From contig NC_043026.1 of assembly GCF_006345805.1 (NCBI RefSeq), forward strand, positions 3,472,001 through 3,536,000: a stretch of 64,000 nt of DNA, in the 5' to 3' direction. Made by a program: the position numbers and the translations under genes. Origin of the DNA: Octopus sinensis (taxonomy: Eukaryota). This document shows, in pieces, positions 38,904 through 52,800 of this stretch. The notes beneath the pieces are model-generated. The model did no database searches, had not been told where the DNA came from, and was given only the letters and a program-made list of their open reading frames with translations. How positions within the stretch are numbered: position 1 is the stretch's first letter; each line of letters opens with the position of its first letter.

Positions 38904-41712
38904 CATCATTATTATTATTATTTATTATTGAATTATTTATTGTTTCCAGTAACCAAAGAAAAAGGACACGCATCAAAATTGCTTAAAGAAAAAGATTTGA
39001 GCGACATAGATGGGTAAAATTTTTTAAACTTTTTTTTTTACTTTTTGCCATTTAAATTTTCTAATCTTTTACTTGTTTTTCAGTCACTCGACTGCGATCA
39101 TGCTGGAGCACTGCCTTAAATGGTTTTAGTCAAAGAAATCGATTGCCGGAGTTAGTACCAGTGATTCACTGGGGGTTGATGTAATCGACTAGTCCCCCCC
39201 CCCTAAGATTTTAGTAGAAAAGATTATTATTAAGGGTAGCAAGCTGGCAGAAACGTTAGCATGCCGGGCGAAATGCGTAGCCGTATTTCGTCTGCCGTTA
39301 CGTTCTGAGTTCAAATTCCGCTGAGGTCAACTTTGCCTTTCATCCTTTCGGGGTCGTTAAATTAAGTACCAGTTACACACTGGGGTCGATGTTATCGACT
39401 TAATCCCTTTGTCTGTCCTTGTTTGTCCCCTCTATGTTTAGCCCCTTGTGGGTAGTAAAGAAATAGGTATTTCGTCTAGCTTACGTTCTGAGTTCAAATT
39501 CCGCCGAGGTTGACTTTGCCTTTCATCCTTTCGGGGTCGTTAAATTAAGTAGCAGTTACACACTGGGGTCGATGTAATCGACTTAATCCTTTGTCTGTCC
39601 TTGTTTGTCCCCTCTACGTTTAGCCCCTTGTGGATAATAAAGAAATAAGAAAAGATTATTATTAAGGGTAGCAAGCTGGCAGAAACGTTAGCATGCCGGG
39701 CGAAATGCGTAGCCGTATTTCGTCTGCCGTTACGTTCTGAGTTCAAATTCCGCTGAGGTCGACTTTGCCTTTCATCCTTTCGGGGTCGTTAAATTAAGTA
39801 GCAGTTACACACTGGGGTCGATGTAATCGACTTAATCCCTTTGTCTGTCCTTGTTTGTCCCCTCTACGTTTAGCCCCTTGTGGACAATAAAGAAATAAGA
39901 AATGTTAGCACTCCGGGCGAAATGTTTAGCAGTATTTCGTCTGCCAAGGTAGACTTTGCCTTTCAGGGTCGATAAATTAAGTACCAGTTACACACTGGGG
40001 TCGATGTAATCGACTTAATCCCTTTGTCTGTCCTTGTTTGTCCCCTCTACGTTTAGCCCCTTGTGGACAATAAAAAAATAAGAAATGTTAGCACGCCGGG
40101 TAAAATGTTTAGCAGTATTTCGTCTGCCAAGGTAGACTTTGCCTTTCAGGGTCGATAAATTAAGTACCCGTTACACACTGGGGTCGATGTAATCGACTTA
40201 ATCCCTTTGTCTGTCCTTGTTTGTCCCCTCTACGTTTAGCCCCTTGTGGACAATAAAGAAATAAAAAATGTTAGCACGCCGGGTAAAATGTTTAGCAGTA
40301 TTTCGTCTGCCAAGGTAGACTTTGCCTTTCGGGTTCGATAAATAAAGTACCAGTTATGCACTGGGGTCGATGTAATCGACTTAATCCCTTTGTCTGTCCT
40401 TGTTTGTCCCCTCTATGTTTAGCCCCTTGTGGGTAATAAAGAAATAGTTATTTCATATGTCTTTACATTCTGAGTTCAAATCCTGCTGGGGTTGATCTTT
40501 GCCTTTCATCCTTTTGGGGGGTCAATAAATTAAGTACCAGTTATGAACTGGGGTCGATATAATCGACTTAATCCGTTTGTCTGTCCTTGTTTGTCCTCTC
40601 TGTGTTTGGCCCCTTGTGGACAATAAAGAAATAAGAAAAGATTATTATTAAGGCAGGTAGCTAACAAAACCATTAGTATGTCAGGTAAAATGCTAAGCAG
40701 CAATTTACCTGTCTTCGCTTTGTAAGTTCAAATTCTACCGAGGTTTTCTTTGCCTTTCATCCTTTTGGGGTTGATAAAATAAGTACCAGTTAAGCGCTGG
40801 GGTCGATGTAATTGATTAACCCTCTCCCTTGAAAGTGCTGGCCTTGATACTGAAATTTGAAATCATTATTTTTTTCAATTGATTTCCATTTTATTTCATC
40901 TTCCAGTTATTATTATTATTTGTCTTATTGCAGAATTGTATTGGTTGGTGGCGATGGTACCTACTATGAGGTGTTGAATGGCCTACTGTACCGAGCGCAA
41001 GTTGATGCCAAGTATGATTTGGATATACCTGGCTGTGATTGGATGCCAAGTCCCCTACCTGTTGGCATAATACCTAGTGGTAATTATTTGTATTATATTG
41101 TAAAAGAAGCTGTGACGGCGCGTGGCTTAGTGGTTAGGGCATTCGGCTTGTGATTGTAAGGTCGTGAGTTCAATTCCCAGCGATGCGTTGTGCTCTTGAG
41201 CAAGACACTTTATTTCACGTTGCTCCATTCCAATCAGCTGGCAAAAGTGAGTTGTACCTGTATTTCAAAGGGCCGGGCCTTGTCACACTCTGTGTCACAC
41301 TGAATCTCCCCGAGAACTACATTAAGGGTACACGTGTTTGTGGAGTCCTCAGCCACTTGCACGTTAATTTCACGAGCAAGCTGTCAATACATTTATCGAC
41401 CCCGAAAGGATGAAAGACAAAGTCAACCTCGGTGGAATTTGAACTCAGAACGTAAAGACAGACGAAATACCGCTAAGCATTTCGCCCGGCAGTGCTAATG
41501 TTTCTGCCAGCTCGTCTGCTGCTATGTTCTGAGTTCAAATTCTGCTGAGGTTGACTTTGCCTTTCATCCTTTTGGGGTCAATACACCAAGTGCTACTAGT
41601 ATACCTATAATTACAAGGATATATTTTACCTGCACTTTCCATAGTCTCTGTAAGTCAGTGGCTAGGTCCTGACACTTTGCTATTTTTCTCTGTATCTCTC
41701 ATATTGACTTTT

Positions 41713-41750
<38 letters not shown>

Positions 41751-41994
41751 GTCCAGGAAGTGGCAATGGGATCGCCAAAATTTTGGTTAGTCGTGACCCA
41801 GTTACAGCGGCCCTAGCTATTGTCATTGGTAAGTTCTTCAAAACCTTTGTCTTCTTGCATTTGTCAAAGAGGGAAGGACAGGGTCCATGGCTTTCATATT
41901 TTCTCAATTAGTCTTACACAGAACAACAAAATAAGGAAAATGAATTTGTTTTAATGCTTAGTTTAATTTAATTTTACTTTAAATATTACAGCGC

Positions 41995-42054
<60 letters not shown>

Positions 42055-45000
42055 TATATTATTAATAATAGCAGATAATATAAAATTCCAAACTTACAGG
42101 GAAAAATTCAATTTAGCAAATATACACATGTATATATATAACCCCACAAGTAATTATACATCATAGTTTAAATATGTAAAAACATAATACCAATACCAGT
42201 ATAAGCCAGACTACATGCGAGTATATACCTATATATATATATAAAGCACCCACTACACTCGCGGAGTGGTTGGCGTTAGGAAGGGCATCCAGCTGTAGAA
42301 ACATTGCCAGATAAGACCGGAGCCTGGTGCAGCCTTCTGGCTTCCCAGATCCCCAGTCGAACCGTCCAACTCATGCTAGCATGGAGAACGGACGTTAAAC
42401 GATGATGATGATATATACCCCTACATACATACAAACCTATACAATCATCACATACACAAAAGTGTCCTGAAGTCTAGCTTGTTGTAGTTCATAATACACT
42501 TCATGGAATGCAATTATAATTAATGGGTTATTTAGAATTGAAATATTTAAATGCTTTTTCTATATTTGTGAGAACATTTCAATGTAAAATTAACTGTATA
42601 ATTCAAGAATATTAATTTAGAAGTAATCATATAATACATATACTCATGACAAAGATCACATTTAAAATTACCATCATTGTACAATAGTGCCTAACTAATA
42701 ATAGACCACTTCAAATCATACTTAAGGTTCCTGTCTTTTAAATCTGAAATGCATTTCCTAAGATTTGAAGAATTCCATATTTTTCTGTACTTAAATGGAT
42801 GAGAATAAATAAATAAATATAAATATATATATATATAGCAATAATAAATCTCTGAGCGCTACGCCAGTGACTGTGGTTACTGTGAAAATCTATATATATC
42901 TGGCCTGTACAGGAAGTCCCTCAGCGAAGAACGGTGCTTGCCATGCGCTGACAAGAGGCAAATACCTCGAAACCGGTCCGTGTGTAGCATCCGTATCTTC
43001 GGTGAGGCTGATCTCCCTTTGCAGGCTAGCAAGGACACCGTGATGGTGTCGGCTCTTCTGGTGACATCGATAGTCGCCTGGGGCTAAATGCATCAGTAAC
43101 ACCACCCCGCCCTGTCCCTAGCCACATTCAGATGGCTGACCCCGCTTATATTATATATATATATATATATATAAGAGAACAAGGTGTACGTATGCCACAA
43201 TAATATATGAATAAAAATATATATATAAAAATACAAAATGGGACAAGAACGCAAAGCATTCAAATAGACGATACAAAAAACGAACGGGTCATTCGAAGCC
43301 TCTAATCTTCAGTCAAGAAACGGATCATCCTCGCAATTTTGGCTGATTACTCTTGAGATTGCTCCGATCAGGCTTCGAATGACCCGTCCGTTTTTTGTAT
43401 CGTCTATTTGAATGTTTTGCGTTCTTGTCCCATTTTGTATTTTTATATATATATTTTTTATACATATATGTATATATATTATTCAAAGGAATTCCAACCC
43501 TGTTTGTTTTTTTATGTTTTATTTATATTCTTTGTAATATTAATGCACAGGAGTGGCTGTGTGGTAAGTAGCTTGCTAACCAACCACATGGTTGCGGGTT
43601 CAGTCCCACTGCGTGGCATCTTGGGCAAGTGTCTTCTGCTATAGCCTCGGGCCGACCAAAGCCTTGGGTGGATTTGGTAGACGGAAACTGAAAGAAGCCT
43701 GTCGTATATATGTATATATATATATAAGTGTGTGTGTATATGTTTGTGTGTCTGTGTTTGTCCCCCTAGCATTGCTTGACAACCGATGCTGGTGTGTTTA
43801 CGTCCCCGTCACTTAGCGGTTCGGCAAAAGAGACCGATAGAATAAGTACTGGGCTTACAAAAGAATAAGTCCCGGGATCGATTTGCTCGACTAAAGGCGG
43901 TGCTCCAGCATGGCCGCAGTCAAATGACTGAAACAAGTAAAAGAGTATATAGTAAAATGAAATGAAATGAAGTGTGTGTTAGGGTGTATGTGTGTGTGCC
44001 TATACGCACCCTTTTTTGATTCCTACTTTACCCCCTCCTCCCCTCCATGTTATTTTCCCTATATACACCCATCTTACTATACACACCCCTTCCATGTAAA
44101 TTAACTGCCCCCCCACTACCTGCATCTCTAAGTTGTTTTCTTCTTTTTCTCTTTTCCTATTCATATCCACACTCGCACTCTGACATGCACTCACTCTCAA
44201 ACATGTGCTCACACTCGTGTTCATTCACTCATGTATGCTTGCACTCGTATATACACTCACGTCATTATGTACACTCTCCACTCCCACTCATTCATGTATA
44301 CTCACTCTCATATGCATACACTCATGTATACCCTCACTCAAACATACACTTTCACTCCTACATATACCCTCACGCCTACATATACCCTCACTAATACATA
44401 TACCCTCACTCATACATATACCCTCACTCCTACATATACTCTCACTCCTACATATACTCTCACTCCTACATATATCCTCACTCATACATATACCCTCACT
44501 CATACATATACCCTCACTCCTACATATACCCTCACTAATACATATGCTCTCACTCATACATATACTCTCACTCATACATACCCTCACTCATACATATACC
44601 CTCACCCCTACATACACTTTCACTCCTACATATACCCTCACTCAAACATATACCCTCACCTATACATACCCTCACTCCTACATATACCCTCACTCCTACA
44701 TATACCCTCACTCCTACATATACCCTCACTCATACATATACCCTACTCCAACATATACCCTCACTCATACATATACCCTCACTCATACATATACCCTCAC
44801 TCCTACATATACCCTCACTCCTACATATACCCTCACTCCTACATATGCCCTCACTCATACATATGCCCTCACTCATACATATGCCCTCACTCATACATAT
44901 GCCCTCACTCATACATATACCCTCACTCACGTATATACCCTCACTCACAAATATACCCTCACTCACAAATATACCTTCACTCACATATATACCTTCACTC

Positions 45001-48000
45001 ATGTATATACCCTCACCCATACATACTTTCACTCCTACATATACCCTCACTCCTACATATACCCTCACTCCTACATATACCCTCACTCCTACATATACCC
45101 TCACTCATATATACACTTGCTTATATGAAAACTTACACTCTCTTTTACACGCACTCACTTTTGCACTATGATGTACACCTGTATACACACATACATACAC
45201 ACACACTAACACACACACACTAACACACACACACTAACACATACACACGCTAATACACATGCACACAGGCAAGACGAGAGGAATGACTACATACACAGTG
45301 CACCAGAATTCCGGTAAATTCCTGACGTTTGGTGGTCTTTTGGTTGGTTATGGCTTTTTCAGTGATATTATTTATAAAGCTGAGAACAGACGCACCCTGG
45401 GAATCTTCAGGTACCCAGGTAAGTGGAGACTTCTTTTAATTAATTGTTCTACAGGTATACAACTGATACAGGTATACAACTGATACAGGTATACAACTGA
45501 GGCGGCGAGCTAGCAGAAACGCTAGCACGCCGGGCGAAATGCTTAGTGGTATTTCGTCTGCGTTACGTTGTGAGTTCAAATTCCGACGAGGTTGACATTG
45601 CCTTTCATCCTTTCAGGGTCGATAAATTAAGTACCAGTTACAAACTGGGGTCGATGTAATCGACTTAATACCTATGTCTGTCCTTGTTTGTCCCCTCTGT
45701 GTTTAGCCCCTTGTGGGTAATAAAGAAATAGGTATACAACTGATATTACAGTGGCAGATGATTCCATATCTCTTTTACTAATTGCTTAGGATACTAGAAA
45801 GACTGTCATCAGATAGGTAGGAGCACTCCGTCGGTTATGATGACGAGGGTCCCAGCTGATACGATCAACGGAACAGCCTGCTCATGAAATTAACGTGCAA
45901 GTCACTGAGCAATCCACAGACGTTCTGAGTTCAAATTCCGCCGAGGTCGACTTTGTCTTTCATCCTTTCGGGATCGATAAATCTAGTACCAGTTACGCAC
46001 TGGGGTTGATGTAATCGACTTAATCCCTTTGTTTAGCCCCTTGTGGGGCAATAGAGAAATAAGAAACATTAGCACGCCAGGCGAAATGCTTAGTGGTATT
46101 TCATCTCCCGTTACGTTCTGAGTTCAAATTCCACCAAGGTTCACTTTACCTTTTATCCTTTTGGGATCGATAAATTTAGTACCAGTTACGCACAGGGGTC
46201 GATGTATTTGACTTAATCCCTTTGTCTGTCTTTGTTTGTCCCTTCTGTTTAGCCCCTTGGGGACAATAAAGAAATAAGAACATAGCAGCAGATGAAATAT
46301 TACTAACCTCTTGCTCTGCAAGCTGGCAGATATGTTACCATGCAGGGCGAAATGCTTAGTGGTATTTCGTCTGTCTTTACGTTCTGAGTTCAAATTCCAC
46401 CGAGGTCAACTTTGTCTTTCATCCTTTCGGGGTCGATAAATTTATCGACAGCTTGCTCGTGAAATTAACATGCAAGTGACTGAGCAATCCACAGACATGT
46501 GTACCCCTAATGGAGTTCTCAGGGAGATTCAGTGTGACACAGAGTGTGACAAGGCCGGCCCTTTGAAATACAGGTACAACTCATTTTTGCCAGCTGAGTG
46601 GACTGGAGCAATGTGAAATAAAGTGTCTTGCTCAAGGACACAACGCCTCACCGGGAATTGAACTCATGACCTTACAATCGTGAGCCAAATGCCCTAACCA
46701 CTAAACCACGTTCCATCACAAGGACTATCATCATCATCATCATCAATTAATGTCTGTTTTCCATGCTGGCATGGGTTGAATGGCTTGTAAAGAACTGGCA
46801 AGGTCAGGGGCCACACAAGGTCCCATAGTCTGTTGTGGCTTGGTTTCTATGGCTGGATGCCCTTCCTAATACCAACCACTTTGCAGAGTGTACTATATTT
46901 TACATGGCACCATCACCAGAGCTTTTTATGTGACACTAACACCTGTGCATTTACATGGCATATTCACCTGTGATTTTATGTGGCACATTCACCTGTGATT
47001 TTATGTGGCACATTCACCTGTGATTTTATGTGGCACATTCACCTGTGATTTTACATGGAACTAGTACTGCTGCTTCTTATGTGGCACCATCACCTGTGCT
47101 TTTTACATGGCACCATCACCTGTGCTTTTTATGTGGAATCGTTAGCATGCAGAGCAAAATGCTTACCAGCATTTCAGCCCTCTTTACGTTCTGAGTTCAA
47201 ACTCCACTGAGGTCAGCTTTGCCTTTTATCTTTCCAGGGTTGATTAACCCTTTTGTTACCAACCCGGCCAAAACCGGCTCTGGCTCTGTAGTATAAATGT
47301 CTTGTTTTCATAAGTTTTGATTTAAAATCTTCCACCAAACCTTAGTCACAATTTATGTTCCTAACACTAGCTGAATGATAACTAAGTTATTTTACTAAAT
47401 TCTTTGTTATATTTAAAGTAATTGAAAGAAACACAAAACATCTCAACAGAAATATAGTAACAAGAGGGTTAAAATATAAAAGAGAAACAATTCTTAACCC
47501 TTTTGATAGCAACCTGGTTGAAACCACCTCTGGCTCTGTAGTACAAATGTCTTGTTTTCATAAGTTCTGAATTAAAATCTTCCACCAAACCTTAGTCACA
47601 ATTTATGATCCTAACACTAGCTTAATGATAACTAAGTTATTTTACTAAATTCTTTGTTATGTTTAAAATAATTGAAAGAAACACAGAGCATCTCAAAATG
47701 AATACGGTAACGAAAGGGCTAAATAAGTACCAGTTGAACATTGGGGTTGATCTAATTGATTTATCCCCTCCCCTGACATTCCTGGCCTTGTGCTAAACTT
47801 TGAAATCAATATTATTATATACAGGAACATTTGGAAAAGGGATGTTTTGTATCCTGAAACTAGAAGTTATCTGAAGCATGTCAGTAAGGAAAGGGTTTAT
47901 AAAATGTATCTATTTTTCAATCTTTCTGCAGTTTACTTGTTATGGGGATTATTTAATTTGCGAAGGTTTAAAGTTTGTATAGAATATGAAGTCCCCAAGG

Positions 48001-49745
48001 ACAATTTGACAGAGCCAAGTGAAGGCGGAGCTTCAACTGTGATAAAAGGAGGCGGAGATTGCTCTGTGATAAAAGGAGGCGGAGATTCCAGTGTGCAACA
48101 AAAAGAAGGTGGAGCTCCGATTGAGCAAAAGGGAGGCAAAGATTGTGCATCAGATGTGAACTTTGGCAGCAAACCAGAAAATATCAGGTATGGACCACAG
48201 GATTTTTGTCTATTTATTTGATGGTAGAGTCACTGGAGTGTCCAGGTGTGATCCCAGGAATTTTTCAACAGGAGGGCACAGGGTCAGAAAGGAATACAAT
48301 TCTAGGAGAAAAGGACATAATAACATTATTTAGAAGGGCACACTTCTTTTCTCGAGTGGGGAACATGCCCTTCAGCACCACCACCCACTTTGGGTCTGCC
48401 CCTGGTGTTGGACAAAATGCCTTTTATTTTATTCTGGCCCTTTAAATTCTGAGTTTAAATCCTACCAAATTCATCTTTGCCTTTCATCCTTTCAGGATCT
48501 ATAAAGTACCAGTCATGTACTGGGGTTGATGATACTGACTAACCCCATCATCATCATCATCATCATAACATCCATTTTCCATGTTGATATGAGTTGGCCA
48601 GTTTAACAGGATCTGATGAAGAACTAGCTTGCTTACTAACCACATGGTTCCGGGTTCAGTCCCACTGCGTGGCACCTTGGGCAAGTGTCCTCTACTATTG
48701 CCTCGGGCTGACCGAAGCCTTGCAAGTGGATTTGGTAGATGGAAACTGAAAAGAAGCCTGTTGTATATATGTATATATATATGTGTGTGTGTGTGTTTGT
48801 CCCCCCAACATCGCTACACAACTGATGCTGGTGTGTTTACGTCCCCTGTAACTTAGCAGTTCAGTAAAATTGACCGATAGAATAAGTACTAGGCTTACAA
48901 AGAATAAGTCCTGGGGTCGATTTGCTCGACTAAAGGCGGTGCTCCATTATGGCCACAGTCAAATGACTGAAACAAGTAAAAGAGTAAAAAGAATAATTCT
49001 TCATCTCTTAACCCTTTTGTTACTAACCCGGCCAAAACCAGCTCTGGCTCTGTGGTAAAATGTCTTGTTTTCATAAGTTTTGAATTAAAATCTTCCACCA
49101 AACCTTAGTCACATTTTATGTTCCTAACACTAGCTTAATGATAACGAAGTTCTTTTACTAATTTCTTTTTATATTTAAAATAATTGAAAGAAACACAGAG
49201 CATCTCAACAGAAATATGGTAACAAGAGGGTTAAAATATAAAAGAGAAACAATTCTTAACCCTTTGATACCAACCCACCTGAAACCACCTCTGGCTCTAT
49301 AGTACAATTTAGTACAAATGTCTTGTTTTCATAAGTTTTAAATTAAAATCTTCCACCAAACCTTAGTCACATTTTATGTTCCTAACACCAGCTTAATGAT
49401 AACTAAGTTATTTTTACTAAATTCTTTGTTATATTTAAAATTAATTGAAAGAAACACAGAGCATCTCAAAATAAATACAGTAACGAAAGGGTTAAATATA
49501 GAATTGTATTATATACTCTTTTACTCTTGTTTCAGTCATCTGACTGCGGCCATGCTGGAGCACCGCCTTTTGTCGAGCAACTCGACCCCGGGACTTATTC
49601 TTTGTAAGCCCAGTATTTATTCTATTGGTCTCTTTTTGCCGAACCGCTAAGTGACGGGGGACATAAACACACCAGCATCAGTTGTCAAGCAATGCTAGCG
49701 GGACAAACACAGACACACAAACATACACGCACACACACACACACA

Positions 49746-49803
<58 letters not shown>

Positions 49804-52800
49804 GACGGGCTTCTTTCAGTTTCTGTCTACCAAATCCACTCACAAGGCTTTGGTCGGCCCGAAGCTATAGTAGACGACACTTGCCCAAGGTGCCATGCAG
49901 TGGGACTGAACCCGGAACCATGTGGTTGGTAGGCAAGCTACTTACCACACAGCCACTCATTTATTTATACTTATTTTGTTGTGTAGTGTAACCAGTCCAC
50001 ACAAAGAACCAGTCCGGAGGAAGGTCATAGCTGAGATCAACAGGAACAATGATGGCGAATCAAATTTAGAGGTCAAAGGTCAGAATGATGCTGAAGACCA
50101 AAATAGAAAGCTGTCAGATGGTGAAAGTAAAACCGGTGATAATGAGGCTGCCCAAAGTGTGGGTGCTGGTGACTGCCCGAACGGGTCAGTTACGGATGGG
50201 GCTGTGCCTAATAACATTCCCAAAGGGCCAGTGGCTACTGTTGAATTTGATGTCGCTGATAATACCAATGGTGCCGCTGCTGTTGCTACTGCAGTCTCAG
50301 GTGTCGATCGTAAAGGTTTGTATGTGAATACTAGCAGTATCGCCCGGCGTTGCTCGGGTTTGTAAGGGAAATAACTATATAATCATTTTTAGAGAGTTAC
50401 TTTCCTTATATAACCCGAGCAAAAAATGCATTAAAAATGCGGAAAAATTATGGTAATTTTTTTTTTTACTCGTAGACTCATCATAGACGCGCGCTAATAC
50501 CCAGAAGGGCTCAATATGAATCATGACTATAAGATACCCGGTTTTGGTTAAACTGCACCGCAAAATGTGGGAGTAGTTAGGAATCTAAATCGGAGGAGAC
50601 AGAGTCTCACACACACACACAACTTCAATTTTATATATAAAGATATTTGTGTCTACTGCTTAAAGGTAATTTCAGTAAATCTGTGGCAGAGAGAGAGAGA
50701 GAGAGAGAGAAAGTGTGTGTGTGTGTAAGAGAAAGAGAATTAAAAGGTTGCGTTTTTGCTCTTTTACTTGTTTCAGTCATTTGACTGCGGCCATGCTGGA
50801 GCACCGCCTTTAGTCGAGCAAATCGACCCCGGGACTTATTCTTTGTAAGCCCAGTACTTATTCTATCGGTCTCTTTTGCCGAACCACTAAATTAAGGGGA
50901 TATAAACACACCAGCATCAGTTGTCAAGCGGTGTTGGGGGAACAAACACAGACACACAAACATATGCACACACATACATATATATATATATATACATATA
51001 TACGACAGGCTTCTTTCAGTTTCCGTCTACCAAATCCACTCACAAGGCTTTGGTCGGCCCGAGGCTGTAGTAGAAGACACTTGCCCAAGGTGCTACGCAG
51101 TGGGACTGAACCTGGAACCATGTGGCTGGTAAGCAAGCTACTTACCACACAGCCACTCCTACGCCTATATACATATATATGATAAGCTTCTTTCTGTTTC
51201 TGTCTACCAAATCCACTCACAAGGCTTTGGTCGGCCCGAGGCTATAGTAGGAGACACTTGCCCCAGGTCCCACCAGTGGGATTGAACCCGGAACCATGTG
51301 GTTGGTAAGCAAGCTACTTACCACACAGCAACTCCTATGCCTATATATATATATTTATTGATAAATTCTTTTGTGAATTTTAGTCTGAAATTTTTATAAT
51401 GTTGTTGTTGTTCTTGTTATTGTAGATTGGAAATGTATAACAGGCACATACATCTCGTTTGGCACGTTCCTTCATCTTTTTGAACTGACCGAAACAGAAG
51501 CTGTAGAAGTTATCTTGTGCAATACAGTCGGTGACTTGAAAGACATGTTTAGGAATCTCGTAAACCCCAACAACGTAAGAAGCTTCCATTTTATTCCAAT
51601 CCACTGAATTTAGATTTTGTTCATCTGCAACAACCAGGATGTGTTACCAAGTTTGCTTACAAATCACATGGTTCCAGGTTCAGTCCCACTATGTGCCACC
51701 TTGGGCAAGTGTCTTCTACTATAAACTTGGGCCGAGCAAAGCTTTCATCATCGTTTAACGTCCATTTTCCATAGGTATTTCGTCTGCCGTTACGTTCTGA
51801 GATCAAATTCCGCCAAGGTCGACTTTGCCTTTCATCCTTTCGGGGTCGATGAATTAAGTACCAGTTACGCACTGGGGTCGATATAATCGACTTAATCCCT
51901 TTGTCTGTCCTTGTTTGTCCTCTCTGTGTTTAGCCCCTTGTGTGCAAACTAGATGACTGCACCAGGCTCCAATCTGATCTGGTGGGCCGAGCAAAGCCTT
52001 CGTCATCATTTAACGTCCGTTTTCCATGCTAGCATGGGTTGGACGATTTGACTGAGGACTGGCAAACTAGATGGCTGCACCAGGCTCCAATCTGATCTGG
52101 TGGGCCGAGCAAAGCCTTCATCATCATTTAACGTCTGTTTTCCATGCTAGCATGGGTTGGACGATTTGACTGAGGACTGGCAAACTAGATGGCTGCACCA
52201 GGCTCCATAATGATCTGGTGGGCCGAGCAAAGCCTTCATCATCATTTAACGTCCGTTTTCCATGCTAGCATGGGTTGGACGATTTGACTGAGGACTGGTG
52301 AACTAGAAGGCTGCACCAGGCTCCAATCTGATCTGGCAGAGTTTCTACAGTTGGATGCCTTTCCTAATGCCAACCACTCTGAGAGTGTAGTGGGTGCTTT
52401 TACATGCTACCGGCACAAAGGCCAGTCAGGCAGTGAGCTGGCAGAGTGGTTAGCATGCTGGGCGAAATGCGTAGCCGTATTTCGTCTGACGTTACGTTTT
52501 GAGTTCAAATTCTGCCATGGTCGACTTTGCCTTTCATCCTTTCGGGGTCGATAAATTAAGTACCAGTTACGCACTGGGGTCGATATAATCGACTTAATCC
52601 CTTTGTCTGTCCTTGTTTGTCCTCTCTGTGTTTAGCCCCTTGTGTGCAAACTAGATGACTGCACCAGGCTCCAATCTGATCTGGTGGGCCGAGCAAAGCC
52701 TTCGTCATCATTAACGTCCGTTTTCCATGCTAGCATGGGTTGGACGATTTGACTGAGGACTGGCAAACTAGATGGCTGCACCAGCTCCAATCTGATCTGG

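Noticed and set aside
43280-43320. ctgaaga core on the - strand of the hairpin family
   Set aside because: Followed by gaat rather than GAAAC, and no canonical stem III.
44047-45223. Long ORFs of 307 and 330 aa
   Set aside because: Translations of an 18-bp stop-poor minisatellite inside a kinase intron.
47825-47931. 5' extension of the kinase exon suggested by ORF 47790-48221
   Set aside because: Using the 47825 acceptor in the required phase hits TGA; the 47932 acceptor joins RYP-VYLLWG correctly.
51380-51604. Protein-like - strand ORF (MDWNKMEASY...)
   Set aside because: Antisense shadow of the + strand exon 51426-51574, which has proper splice sites and phases.
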